From contig NC_043013.1 of assembly GCF_006345805.1 (NCBI RefSeq), forward strand, positions 44,020,001 through 44,084,000: a stretch of 64,000 bases of DNA, written 5' to 3'. This DNA comes from Octopus sinensis (lineage: Eukaryota). A program made the translations under genes and the position numbers. The notes below the pieces were generated by a model. That model searched no databases. It was not told the origin of the DNA and saw only the letters and a program-made list of their open reading frames with translations. Positions 10,523-23,816 of the stretch are shown here, piece after piece. The number at the start of each line of letters is the position of its first letter. Within the stretch, counting starts at the first letter, position 1.

Positions 10523-11445
10523 AATCATATTAATACCAGTACTTGATTGGTATTTTGTTTAATGACAAAGAACAAAAGTCAAAGTCAGCCTGGGAGGGAT
10601 TTCAACTTGGAATGGTCTACAAATTCTGCTAAATCTCCACCTGTGTGTGGATGTATGTGTGTGTACATATAAGCACAGGTATGGCTGTGTCATGAAGAAG
10701 CTTACTTTCCAACCATGCAGTCTCAGCTTCTGCCCCACTATGTACCACTTTAGGCAAATGTCCTTTACTAGAACCTTGGGTTGACCAAAGCCCTGTGAGG
10801 GGATTTGTCAGATGAAGACTGAAAGAAGCCACCTATAAAGTACCCATGCTGGTGCCATGTATACAGCACTGGTGCTGGTGCCACGTAAAAAGCACCCAGT
10901 GCACTCTGTAAAGTGGTCGACTTTATGAAGAACATCCAGCTGTAGAAACCATTCCAAAACAGACAACTGGAGCCTAGTGCTGTTCCCTAGTTCCTATCAA
11001 ACTGTCCAACTCACCAGCATGGAAAATACATTAAATGATGATTATGATGATCATGGTGTGTGTGTGAATTTCTGCGTACCTTTGTCTTGATGTTGTGTGA
11101 TGGTTGTAAATGAGCATCACCGTCATAGAAGGAATATTGTTTATTTCCAGTTTACCATGTAAAGCATATCAGGCCATCGAGAATTATTACCTTGCTTAGA
11201 GAAAGGTAAGAGTTGATGACAGGATGGGCATTCAACTGTAAAGTAATCTGCCTCAACAAATTCCAACCTCAGTGGAATTTGAACCCAGAACATAAAGACG
11301 GGCAAAACGCTACTAAGTAATTTGCTTGTTTGCTCGCTACCTTAATAACAATAATCCTTTCTGTTATAGGCACAAGGCCTGAAATCTGGGGGAGGGGGAT
11401 GATTGATTACATTGACCCCAGTGCTCAACTGGTACTTATTTCATT

Positions 11446-11679
11446 AAAGGCAGAAAGCTGACAGAAACGTTAGCACGCTGGGCGAAATGCATGGCCGTAT
11501 TTCGTCTGCCATTACGTTCTGAGTTCAAATTCCACTGAGGTCGACTTTGCCTTTCATCCTTTCGGGGTCAATAAATTAAGTACCAGTTATGCACTGGGGT
11601 CGATATAATCGACTTAATCTGTCTGTCTGTCCACGTTTGTCTTCTCTGTGTTTAGCCCCTTGTGGGTAGTAAAGAAATA
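11446..11679 (+). mobile_element. SINE family B nested in an older opposite-strand SINE B
   Basis: TSD GGTACTTATTTCATT at 11431-11445 and 11680-11694. Confidence 0.85.
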
Positions 11680-13626
11680 GGTACTTATTTCATTGATCCT
11701 GAAAGGATGAAAGGCAAAGTTCACCTCTGCAGACGAAATACCGCTAAGCATTTCGTCTGGTATGCTAACGATTCTGCCAGCTTGCCACCTTAGTAATGAT
11801 AATAATAATGGTCTTTTAAATAAATATGAAGCCAGATATTTTAAAGGAAGATAAAATGAGAATTTGTGATTTCAAGATTTTACCAATGAAATCAGAGTAA
11901 AGTGAATTGAAGAAGAAATAACTTCAAAATCTGGCTCATTTGAAAGTGAACTCTAATTCTACAGTACTTACCTACTTATTGCATAATCTTAATTCCTTTT
12001 GACTTGGTACAATGCCAATTATTTTTATCAAAAGTGAGAGTATCATTGATTAAGTATTATACCACTTTTATTGAGCTCGGAGAGTTGAAAAGTGAAAAAC
12101 AATATTCCCTAGGGATTTCAGCTAAGGACATACAATAACATGATTAAATACTGTAACGCATTTAAACCAGTGCTCTAAACACTGTTTTCTGCCTATTATT
12201 TACTGCCCTTAATTATTGCACACATGCATACACACACACGTGTATAGTATTACCCAAATGTGTGCAATACACACAATATATATTAACTGCACACTAGTAC
12301 TAAACTATTCCATTGAACAAACTAAACTGAGAAACAAGTGGATACCATATATGTATGTGTGTGTGTGGTGTGTGTAATTTTAAAATTCTTCAGATTTTCC
12401 CCCAAGATAATAATAAATAAATGAAGGATTTGAATTGCCTGCTATAGAAATATAATATTATATTAATAATGCGGATGATGATGATGATGATGATAATAAT
12501 AATAATAATAATAATAATTAGATTGTATTACATGAAAGGAGTCACAGACCATGGTAAAGTCTTTTGTGGGTGCAGCAAATCAATTTTTGACGCCAGTTTC
12601 ATGCAGAGATCTGAAGTCAGTGTAGCCAGAAGTTTTAAGCCTCCTAACCTTCTCTCATAACTTCCACCCTCGCCCTAGTGTCTGATAATATTTAGGTCAG
12701 CAATCAAGGGATCACACCTCTTCCGTAGAGACAGACAAGCTCTATGTTTCTGTAGGGAATTCTCACCCCTTTGAAGTGAGATTAAGATCTTCAATGTATA
12801 AAGTTATTAAGGAAAAAAAAAGTTGGAAAACAAGAACCCTGTGTTTATTCATACAGCAGTCTAGTAGACTGCTTTCTTTTGGTACAGTTCTTTTATACTG
12901 TGCCATTAGCACAAACTTGTTATTTCCTCTAAAACTTTCAAAGTACTTTAGTACCATTTTCACTGCTTTAGCATTTTGTTCTTAATAATTTTGTGTTCAT
13001 TGTTTTTTTCAAATTTATCTTTTTAATGAAAAAAAAAAATGTAAAATACTCCCTGCACCCCACCCCACCCCACCCGTCCGAACTTAAAGAAAAAGCTACT
13101 TCCAAACTATCTTCCCTCTGTTCTTACTCTTTTCTTACCTCTTCACTCCTGATTACAATCTGTTAATAAGACCTCTAGAATTGTGTTTTCCTTTGCTCGA
13201 AGATAAAGAGTAAAATGATAGTGCTTCCTTCAAGAGGATAGCATTTTGTATTTATTTATCCGTCTGTTTATTTTATTTAAGTAATGCATAGGTAACAATA
13301 TTTTTTCTTCTTTCTATTCAGAGTAAGAACAACATCATTCTACTATTTTTACACACTTGTTCTTATATTTGACAGCGTCAAATGTTGGATAGATTTGTAA
13401 AATTGTCTTTCGCTACCCACTTGATTTCTTTAGCTGTTAATTCTGATTCCTTTTAGATTGTGTGAAATAACATTTAGTCTTTCTTGTTCCTGGAAACCCT
13501 ATGTTCTTCTCATAGCTTGTAATATATGAGTTCTTTAAAGCTTATAAAATTCAGTCAGATTTCAAGACCTTCTGACTCTTTACTCAACATACATAACACA
13601 CTCAACAATAGAAAACTTATCTTCAC

Positions 13627-13855
13627 TTAACGCTTTAGTGTTCGCATTATTTGGCCAAAATTAATGCTTCTTCATCTACATTGTTTTGAATTAATCACGC
13701 ATTATCTTGTAGTTATGAGATTTTGATGAGGTAGCTGTTAATTTTTAAAATAATATTGTAGGGTTGGTGTAAGAAACCAGATTTGGCCAGTTTGAACATA
13801 AAACAGGTAGAATATTTTTGGCCGGATATGGCCGGTTTAGATGCTAAAGGGTTAA
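13627..13855. mobile_element. piggyBac-like MITE family 2
   Basis: TTAA-CGCTTTAG ... GCTAAAGGG-TTAA; the same body occurs at 33683-33909. Confidence 0.7.
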
Positions 13856-14299
13856 GTTATAAGTATGTATGTGTGTGTATCTGCCTGCCAATCTGTCTCA
13901 ATAATCAAGATCATCAAAGCCTCTGTTCATTAAGTACTAACAACTTGTGTCCTCTCACTTTCTCCAATTAAAACTACAATTGCTCTCTACTTCCTTCCAT
14001 AGTCAATCAATGCAGATGTTATTTCTGCCACCTTTTACTATAATGCATTCTCCCGTCGATATTTCGTTTAAGGCAGCAAGCTGGCAGAATTGTTATTGTG
14101 CCAAGAAAAAATGTTTAGTAGCATTTTTTCCTGACTTTGCATTTTGAGTTTAAATCCCTCTGGGGGTTGACTTTGCCTTTCATCCTTTCAAGGTCGATAA
14201 AATAAGTACTAGCTGAACACTGGGATTGATGTAATTGACTTACTTCTGAAATTGCTGGCCTTGTGCCAAAATTGGAAACTAATATTTGTTTTGAATCTT

Positions 14300-14640
14300 C
14301 ATATCAGTAGTGGAGGTTGATGGGTATCCTGCTCCTTTTTCTATGCTTCATGCCTTGTCTGTACACTTTTAAACTTATTGATCCATTCATACAGAGTTCT
14401 ACATGGTAGAATTCTGTTCCCATACTGTAATAAAAGACTGCAATGAATTTCAGCCCCTGACACACCTTCAGACCATAGAAATTGGATAACTGATCTCTGT
14501 TCTCCCTTGGTGCACACTGGTCAAACATGAGTTATGTAAACAGAAGAGTACCTTGTTTTAGCATGTGAGCAGTGAAAGCAGTGCAGCCAACCTGAAGAAA
14601 GTTTTGATGGAAGAGAGGATAATTTTTGACTTCCCCTTGA
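14300..14640 (-). pseudogene. Mariner transposon 5' relic (TIR plus N-terminal HTH)
   Basis: Minus strand begins CAAGGGGAAGTCAAAAATTATCC (mariner-type TIR); 14514-14356 translates to CTKGEQRSVIQFLWSEGVSGAEIHCSLLLQYGNRILPCRTLYEWINKFKSVQT. Confidence 0.8.
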
Positions 14641-14873
14641 GTGTGTGTGTGTGCGTGTGTTGGTGCTGTCTAAAAGCATTCAGTACACTTTGTAAAGTGG
14701 TTGGCATTAGGAAGGGCATCCAGCCATAAAACCCATACCAAAACAGACATGGGGCCTGGGCAGCTCTTCAGCTGGCCAGCTCATGTCAAACAGTCCAACC
14801 CATGCCAGCATGGAAAACGAAAATTAAATGATGATGATGATGATGATGAAGATACATATATATATATATAAGG

Positions 14874-15296
14874 TGCAGGCATGGGTCTGTGGTAAGAAGT
14901 TTTCTTCCTGACCACATGGTTCTGAGTTCAGTCCTACTGCACAGCACCTTGGGCAGGTGTCTTCTACTATAGCCCTGGGCCAACCAAAGCCTTGTGAGGG
15001 GATTTGGTTGATGGAAACTGAAAGAAGCCTGTTGTATATATATATATATATATGTGTATATTTTTGTGTGTGTGTCTTTGTGTCTGTTTTTGTCCCTCAC
15101 CTCTGCTTGTCATCCAGTGTTAGAGTGTTTCTGTCCTCGTAACATAGCGCTTCAGCAAAAGAGACCTATAGAATAAGAACCAGTACTTAACAAAAAATAA
15201 GTACTGGGGTTGATTTATTTTGACTAAAAAATTCTTCAAGGCAATGCCCCAGCATGGCCGCAGTCTAATGACTGAAACCAGTAAAAGATAAAAGAT
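14874..15296 (+). mobile_element. SINE family A, older subfamily
   Basis: Diverged head and CTAATGACTGAAAC tail. Confidence 0.75.
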
Positions 15297-16320
15297 GCAT
15301 AGCAAAGTTAATCATTCTACAAACACATGAACATAACAAAATCATATTTTGGGAAATCTTCTCCATGATTATTTTATTTTCTGTTTTAACATCCATTTTT
15401 TTTGTCCCCATTATTTAGTGGAAATGAACCTTTCACATTTTTTTACTTAATTTTTTTTTTTTAAAGGAACTCTTAAGATTGAACTCACAGCTGTCAAATA
15501 AAACTAATGAAGGGGTCACAAAGTACAGTACAGTCAGTACTTCAACATATACAACACAATTATACTCAGTCACACACACACACACACACACACACACTTA
15601 AGCCTCCTGCCATTCTCATCTTGAAATTGGTTCAGTCATGGAAAGACACTACTGCTGATGCCAAAGTTTAAATTTGAACTTATCTTGGGATGTTGTTTAC
15701 CATTTTAAAGACACACATACACACACACACACACACTGTCAGTAGCTTTTCTGCTGTTGATGTGTTTTCTTTTGTCACCTTGCATTGGATTTTAAATCCA
15801 ATTTAGCAGACTGAGAGAGTGGTGGTGGTGGTGGTATTGGTGGTGGTGGTGGTATTGGTGGTGGTGGTGGTGGATAGAAAACAAGTATATATTTGGTGGG
15901 ATAGGGCTGGCAAAACATTACACCAGTATCACTGCCAAGTACCAACACCATCAATACTACTGTCACCATCAGCACCACCACCACCATTACCACCACTACC
16001 ATCGCTACCACCATCATCACTACCAGCACCTGCACATGTGAGAAGGCACTAATTAGCTGCCCTAATGATTGAATACTTTTGCTACAAACCTCCTCCAACA
16101 CCACTATTCACCCCCCCTCCACCCCACCCATGCTACTGTTCCATCCACAACCTCCTTTCAATATCTCCCAGCTGTACTGTGTTCCCTACATACTGAAGGA
16201 ACTGACAGAATTCTTTGTGTTTTGCTATTTCTTTCAAAGGAATTTTGTTAATACCTTATTTTTTTTTTATTTTTGAAATTCACCCACTCTCTCTCACTGA
16301 CACACACACACACACACACA

Positions 16321-16371
<51 letters not shown>

Positions 16372-17142
16372 ATAGATATATATCTTCACTGATTCTTTCA
16401 ATCTTGATCTTTGTATTTCTTACTTTTCCTTCTTCATATTTTTTGTCTTATTTTCAACCTTTTCTTTATCTATTGCTTCTACCGTTTCCCACCTCTCTCC
16501 AGTTAAAATCTCCTAGGTTTCAACGAAAAAAAACAACAAAAAAAAACATGAAATAAAATAAATCGTCAGAAGAGAAAAAGCAATGTGTTATGACCCTTTT
16601 CTGATCTTCAGAAACTTGTGAGAGAAGTGGAGAAGGAGGAACTTATTTTCATAATGGAAACTGGACAAATGTTTGCAACAGGTAGTGGTATTAACCCAGG
16701 CATCCCATAAACATAAACAAGGCATGGCTTTGTGGTAAGAAGTTTACTTCCCAACAACATGGTTCCTGGTTCAGTCCCACTGTGTCGCACTTTGCACTTT
16801 TGCCTTTTACTGTAGCCTCAGGTTTACCAAAGCCTTGTGAGTGGAATTTGTAGAGGGAAACCGAAAAAAAGCTTGTCGTATGTAATTTATATAGACACCC
16901 AGTGCACTCTATGGAGTGGCTGGCATTAAGAAGGGCATCCAGCTGTAGAAACCAAGCCAAAAAAGACTGGGGCCTAGTGCAGTCAAACCATCTAACCCAT
17001 GCCAGCATGGAAAATGGATGCTATATGATGATGATGATGATGATGATGATTATATATATATATAATTTAGAGAAAAAACCTCTATTAAACAATTCAATAA
17101 TGAAAGATGTTATGGGAGATAGTTTGTAAGGCAAAATTATAT

Positions 17143-17176
<34 letters not shown>

Positions 17177-19005
17177 GTGTGTATTTACGTCTCTGTAACT
17201 TAGCAGTTCAGCAAAAGAGACCCATAGAATTAGTAGCAGGCTTTAAAAAAAAAATTAGCACTGGGGCCAATTTGTTTGACTAAAATTCTTCAAGGCTGTG
17301 CCCCAGCATGGTCGCAGTCTGATGACTGAAACAAGTAAAAGAATAAAAGAAAACAAACTTGACCTGCCATTATAAAGTCAAATATAATCTAATGAAATAA
17401 ATATGAATTTTTTGGAGTAGAGAAAACTGGCAGATAAGGATCTGTGTGAATGTACAACTAATGTTTCACGTTTCTCATTTGTTAGCTGTAAAAATGCCAT
17501 GAATTTAAGTGAACTCAGAAATATTCTTAACACTTTTGATACCAAACTGCCAGAGAAGGCTTGTATATAAGTATTCAAACTCAAATTAAAATTGCAATAA
17601 AAATCTCATTACAACATGAATGACAAAATGAAATTTAATTTCAGTTGGGCAACATTGACGTAATGTATTTTGATATGTAAAATTTAATGTATATTATAAA
17701 GCTGCTGTAGGCGTGGCTGGGTGGCAAGAATTTTGCTTCCAAGTTCAGTCCCATTGCATGGCACCTTGAACTAGTGTTTTCTACTATAGCCTCAGGCCAA
17801 CCAATTTTGGTAGACAGACGTTAGCAAGCCGGGCGAAATGCTTAGTGGTATTTACGTTATGAGTTCAAATTCTGCCGAGGTCGACTTAGCCTTTCGGAGT
17901 CAATTAAATAAGTACCAGTTACGCACTGGGGTCGATGTAATCGACTTAACCCCTTTGTCTGCCCTTGTTTGTCCCCTCTATGTTTAGCCCCTTGTGGGCA
18001 ATAAAGAAATAAGAAACTGAAAAAAGTCCTTTGTGTGTGTGTGTGTCTTTGTATCCTGTATTTGTTCCTCACCACAGCTTGACAACTGGTGTTGACATAT
18101 TTATGACCCAGTAACTTAGCAGTTCAGCATGGCTAGTTCCCAGGGCCAGATATATTTTTCACAGAAGACAGATGATGGTTTATCATGTCAAGACAAGAGT
18201 ATACCCACATGCATATGCACATATGACAGGTTTCCGTTTGTGTCCACCAGATCCACACTCCGAAGGGTGTGGTTGGATTGGGGCTATAGTAGAAGACACT
18301 TGCACAAGGTACAGCACAGTGAGACTGAACCCTAGACCATATGGTTGGGAAGCAAGCTTCTTAACCAAACGGCCATGCTGGCAGATTTATTGAAGAGGAA
18401 CGATACAACATTAAGATAGTTTTATTCATTAGAAATCACCATTACCATCATCATTTAATGTCCCTTTTCCACGCTAGCATGGCTCAGACAGTTTGACAGG
18501 AACTGGCAAGCTGAAGTTGTCTGTTTTGGCACAGTTTCTATGACTGGATGCCTTTACTAATGCTAACCATTTTACAAAGTGAACTGGGTGCTTTTTACGT
18601 GATACCAGCATGAATGCCTTGTACATGGGCAGCAGCACACTTGCACATGGCACTAGCATGGGTGCTTTAATATGTGGTGTCACCATGGGTGCCGTTTACA
18701 TGACGCCAGCATGGGTACTTTTTATGTGTTGCCAGCTTGTAAATATAGTCACAAAAGGAGTGGAAAACTTACTCTTAGCTACATTATACTAAATTGCCTT
18801 ACTCCATTCTGAGGCCAATAAAACAACATATGTACTTGACTAATGACGGTACTCCAGCATGACCACATACAATCCAGTGAATGACTGAAACCAATTGAAA
18901 AATAAGCCCTTTTCCCAACATATTCTCTTCTGAACATTTGATGCACATATTTCATAACCAAGGCTATGCTGGAGCAAATAGAAAAAAAGTTGTGGTGTGA
19001 AACTG

Positions 19006-19430
19006 GTTGTGGCATGGTTGTGTTGTTAAGAAGCTTGCTTTGCAACCACATGCTTCCAGGTTCAGTTCCATCATGCTGCTTCTTGGGCATGTGTATCTAC
19101 TATACCACTGGACCAACCAATTAAGTGAATTTGGAAGACGGAAAAACTGTGGAGCCCTTCACACACACACACATGCATGCATGCACACACACACTTCTTT
19201 GTGTCTCTCTTTTGTGTCTATGTTTGCACCTCCTCCTCAAACCTGCCATTTGGCAACTGGGTTTGGTTTGTTTACATCCTTACAACTTATAGGTTCAGCA
19301 AAAGTCACCAGTACAACAAGTACCAGACTTGAAAAAATTAGTACCAGAGTCGAGCTGTTCTACTAAAACCCTTTAAGGCAGTGCCCCAGCATGGCCACAA
19401 TCCAAAGATTTTAAACAAGTGAAACAGAAT
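19006..19430 (+). mobile_element. SINE family A, diverged
   Basis: Recognisable head, linker and tail. Confidence 0.7.
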
Positions 19431-20116
19431 GTGAACTTACTGATTGTATGGTACCATGGTGACTCAGAGAAATACTCAGCGCTTTTAGTGTCATCTTGAA
19501 ACTATGTTGAGGGGAAAATCGAAAACAGCCCTATTTTTAAACAGTTTCTTTTTTCTGTGGGGATAAATTTCAAACTAACATTCTAATTGAAGAGTGTAAC
19601 ACCCCATTAAACCAGTTAACTTTATACAAAGAAATACCTTTAGGCAAATCTTAGCTGTCTCCTACTTCATGTATTGTTCTGATTTTTAGACACTTTTTGA
19701 AGAAGCAAAGGAAGTTTATTTGAAAGGAAATTTATTTCCCTCCCCGGTACATATGTACTTCTGAATGATGTACAAAAAAAAAAAAAGAAAGAAAAAAGAA
19801 AAGAAAAGGGAAACAAAAACTACATTTTGTTTGATTATTAGGCAGGTGGAGGATTTAAGCCATTGTATGGGTTGTCAGTATTGGAAAAACTGAGTGACAA
19901 ACATCTTCAAGTTGTGGTTGGTAAGCAGCTCTGAAGGAGCCGAGATTGATAACTAGTTGTAGTTGTTGTTTAGCCCAAGGCCAGCCTTGACTGAACAAAC
20001 CAGTGATCAAGAGGCATAACAGCTATGACCATCCTATCCCTTTTTTTTTTTCAAGCACATATTGGTTGCTATTTCTAACAAACTGAGTGACCACAAAGGC
20101 TTTCTTGTTCACTTGT

Positions 20117-20346
20117 TTAACCCTTTTGTTACAAACCCGGCCAAAACTGGCTCTGGCTCTATAGTACAAATGTCTTGTTTTCATAAGTTCTGAATTAAAA
20201 TCTTCCACCAAACCCTTAGTCGCAATTTATGTTCCTAACACTAGATGAATGATAATTAAGTTATTTTACTAAATTCTTTGTTATATTTGAAGTAATTGAA
20301 AGAAACACAGAGCATCTCAAAATAAATACAGTAACAAATGGGTTAA
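20117..20346. mobile_element. piggyBac-like MITE family 1
   Basis: TTAA|CCC ... GGG|TTAA, family body. Confidence 0.8.
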
Positions 20347-21138
20347 CACCTAGTTGGTGTTGTTTACCTACCTCTAGCTCAGCTCTGATTGACCAAATTT
20401 ATGATCAAAAGTATACATGCTTTGACCATTTGGTCTTGTATTTAATTTTACCTATGCTGTGTACCCAATGCATCCTCTTATTTCTTTTTTTCAAGAAGAC
20501 AGAGTGTATTTTGAGTAAGACTTGGCTGTTATTTTTAGCAGGTCAGACAGTGTGAACAAGTGGACTGAATCTACAATGAAACTACCAATGAATATTAATA
20601 CTTTAATATAATTTCTTAATTACTTGAGTTATTGATTTTAGTCCTTGGGTAGCAGCTCTTATTTCTTACTTGCTTACCCATTTACCCGCTAGAAAGTGTG
20701 AAAAATGGCTATTATTTCCTTCAAACTTTGCTCTTCTTTAATATATTCAAACCTCAAAGAATCTCTCTCAATAGATGGCTATGATGTTCCCTCGCTACTC
20801 CTGCTCATGATCAGAGATGCACATATTGTCAGCCACTCAGAGACATGCTCAAGTGGTTATGGTCAAGCAACTGACAAGCAAATCTGTGGTATTGAGCAAA
20901 ATATTTGCTATAACGATATTTCTACTTCTGCAACTCTGAATTGAATCTGTCTAAATGGTAATGGAAATTAGATCAGTTTCAAAACATTGATGTCCAGGAC
21001 AGAAAAGTAAAGTTTCCTTTACTTTCCTTTGCCTTCTAGATAGAAGCAAAGGTAATATTTTCCCCATGGCTAGATATATTTATATGTGTGTATATGTGTA
21101 TGCATATATATATATGCATATATATATATATATATATA

Positions 21139-21174
<36 letters not shown>

Positions 21175-21220
21175 TATATATATATATATATGCATATATA
21201 TATATATATATATATTTTTT

Positions 21221-21614
21221 TTTCTTGTTTCAATCATTTGACTGTGGCCATGCTGGAGCACCACCTTTAGTCGATCAAATCGACCCCAGGACTTATTCTT
21301 TGTAAGCCCAATACTTATTCTATTGGTCTCTTTTGCCGAACTGCTAAGTAACAGGGACATAAACACACCAGTATCGGTTGTCAAGCAATGCTAGGGGGGA
21401 CAAACACAGATATACAAACCCACACACACACACATCTATATATATATACACACATATACGACAGGCTTCTTTCAGTTTCCATCTACCAAATCCACTCACA
21501 AGGCATTGGTCGGCCCGGGGCTATAGCAGAAGACACTTGCCCAAGATGCCACGCAGTGGGACTGAACCCGGAACCATGTGGTTGGTTAGCAAGCTACTTA
21601 CCACACAGCCACTC
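21221..21614 (-). mobile_element. SINE family A, full length
   Basis: Reverse complement of the 2877 copy. Confidence 0.85.
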
Positions 21615-21628
21615 ACATACATATTTAC

Positions 21629-21677
<49 letters not shown>

Positions 21678-21787
21678 GCATACATATATACACACATATT
21701 TACATATGTATACATACATATATATATATATGCATACATATATACACACATATTTACATATGTATACATACATATATTATATATATA

Positions 21788-21818
<31 letters not shown>

Positions 21819-21833
21819 TTTACATATGTATGC

Positions 21834-21888
<55 letters not shown>

Positions 21889-22118
21889 AACACATATATA
21901 TTTGCATATGTATACCCACACACACACACATATATGCATGCACACATATTATTTATGCACGTGTGTACACAGTTATGCATGTGTATATATATTATGCGTG
22001 TGTATGTGTGTAATATATATGTGCATTTTTATATGGGAGTATACACTACATAGTGGTTTTTCATTCTAAGATATAAACTTATATGTCTAAATATGCACAC
22101 ACGTTAACACATATATAT

Positions 22119-22164
<46 letters not shown>

Positions 22165-22165
22165 G

Positions 22166-22229
<64 letters not shown>

Positions 22230-22236
22230 TATATAT

Positions 22237-22274
<38 letters not shown>

Positions 22275-22320
22275 TACATACACATATCTATAGAACATAT
22301 ATAGTAACACACATACATGC
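21615..22320. repeat. Compound (TA)n/(CA)n microsatellite with higher-order units
   Basis: Visible TA/CA runs with recurring CACATATTTACATATGTA. Confidence 0.9.
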
Positions 22321-22769
22321 TTATTGCAGCATAGTAGTTTATATTTTAGAGAAAAAAAAAACCCATAGAAAGTAGAAAGTTTATAAGCTACAAGTGAAGG
22401 ATTTGGCAGATGTTGATATTTTGTCCACAGTGAGAATTTATTTTCGATGCCAAACCATTTCTAAGCAGACAGACCACCCAGAAGTTTCATTGGCCATGGA
22501 TTTAAAAAAAAAAAAAAAAAGAATTTGCTACCATTTTGATATATGATATACACACAGATACAAAAGTTTGTGTATACACACAGAAGCATATACATGCACA
22601 CAAAACCTTATATTTTAAAATGTAAATATAGACAGATTACAAACATAATATTTCGATACACACACACAAAAATTTACGTATGTGAATATATATATGTGTG
22701 TATATATATACATATATATATATATATTATTTATATTATTTAATTGAACGCCAAGCATCCATTTCCAAG

Positions 22770-22809
<40 letters not shown>

Positions 22810-23427
22810 ATTATAATATATATATATTATACAATGTAAATATAGACGAGCTTAATACATAAAACACACAATATTTAGATACAGACACACACGTGTGTGT
22901 TGTGAGTATACATGTGTGTGTGTAAATATAGCCTGTAACATATATGCATATGCAAACACCACATGTATATATATATAATCACTGAGTTGGTGAAAGAACC
23001 TTCTTGATGGTCACTCAACCTACTGAAAATTGTAGTCAGTTCTTCCTCAAATCACATACTACCATCTTGAAAAGAAGGATATTGTAGAAACTAGTAGAAA
23101 AGACACTAAAATCAAAACAAAAATAAGAAACCCTACACTTTCATTGGTAATTGTCTGTAAGTTACATTTGACCAGTAATGGTCAAGCAGCTGACTATGAT
23201 TAATGACCAAACTGTTGTAACCTTTAACCTCCACTATTGGAGCAATTATCAGTATAAACCACTGACCACCAACTAAGTAATTGTCAATATGTTCCTCTAA
23301 CCACTAATGGTCAAGCAATTGAAGCTATTGGTTTAAGTAAATATTATTCTTTATTGTGATTGTTTAGCCCACCCCTACCATTACTTCTGAGATGGCTGAC
23401 ATTTTGATGAAAGGTATTCCACCCATA

Positions 23428-23816
23428 AAAGCAGGGAACTGGCAGAAACGTTAGCACACAGGGCAAAATGTTCTGAGTTCAAATTCCGCCAAGGTTGACT
23501 TTGCCTTTCATCCTTTCGGGGTCGATAAATTAAGTACCAGTTACACAATGGGGTTGATGTAATTGACTTAATCCATTTGTCTGTCCTTGTTTGTCCTCTC
23601 TGTGTTTAGCCCCTCGTGGGTAGTAAAGAAATAGGTATTTCATCTGCCGCTACGTTCTGAGTTCAAATTCCGCCGAGGTCGACTTAGCCTTTCATCCTTT
23701 CGAGGTTGATAAATTAAGTACCAGTTACGCACTGGGGTCGATATAATCGACTTAATCCGTTTGTCTGTCCTTGTTTGTCCTCTCTGTGTTTAGCCCCTTG
23801 TGGGTAGTAAAGAAAT
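23428..23816 (+). mobile_element. Double SINE family B (copy within copy) with 16-bp TSD
   Basis: TSD AGGTATTCCACCCATA at 23412-23427 and 23817-23832; two cores joined at GGTATTTC (23634). Confidence 0.85.

Noticed and set aside
16612-16681. Plus-strand exon (KLVREVEKEELIFIMETGQMFAT, or an SRCR-like FHNGNWTNVC in another frame)
   Set aside because: The donor is weak (gtagtg), the motif spacing does not fit SRCR, and there are no supporting neighbours
17318-17340. SINE-A tail CTGATGA-CT-GAAACAAGTA resembles a hammerhead core
   Set aside because: There is no stem II and no stem I pairing; other copies read CAAATGA or CTAATGA
21036-22318. Long ORFs rich in Y/I/H/T/C/V (also 35424-36406 and 47312-47786)
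   Set aside because: They are translations of (TA)n/(CA)n tracts that lack stop codons
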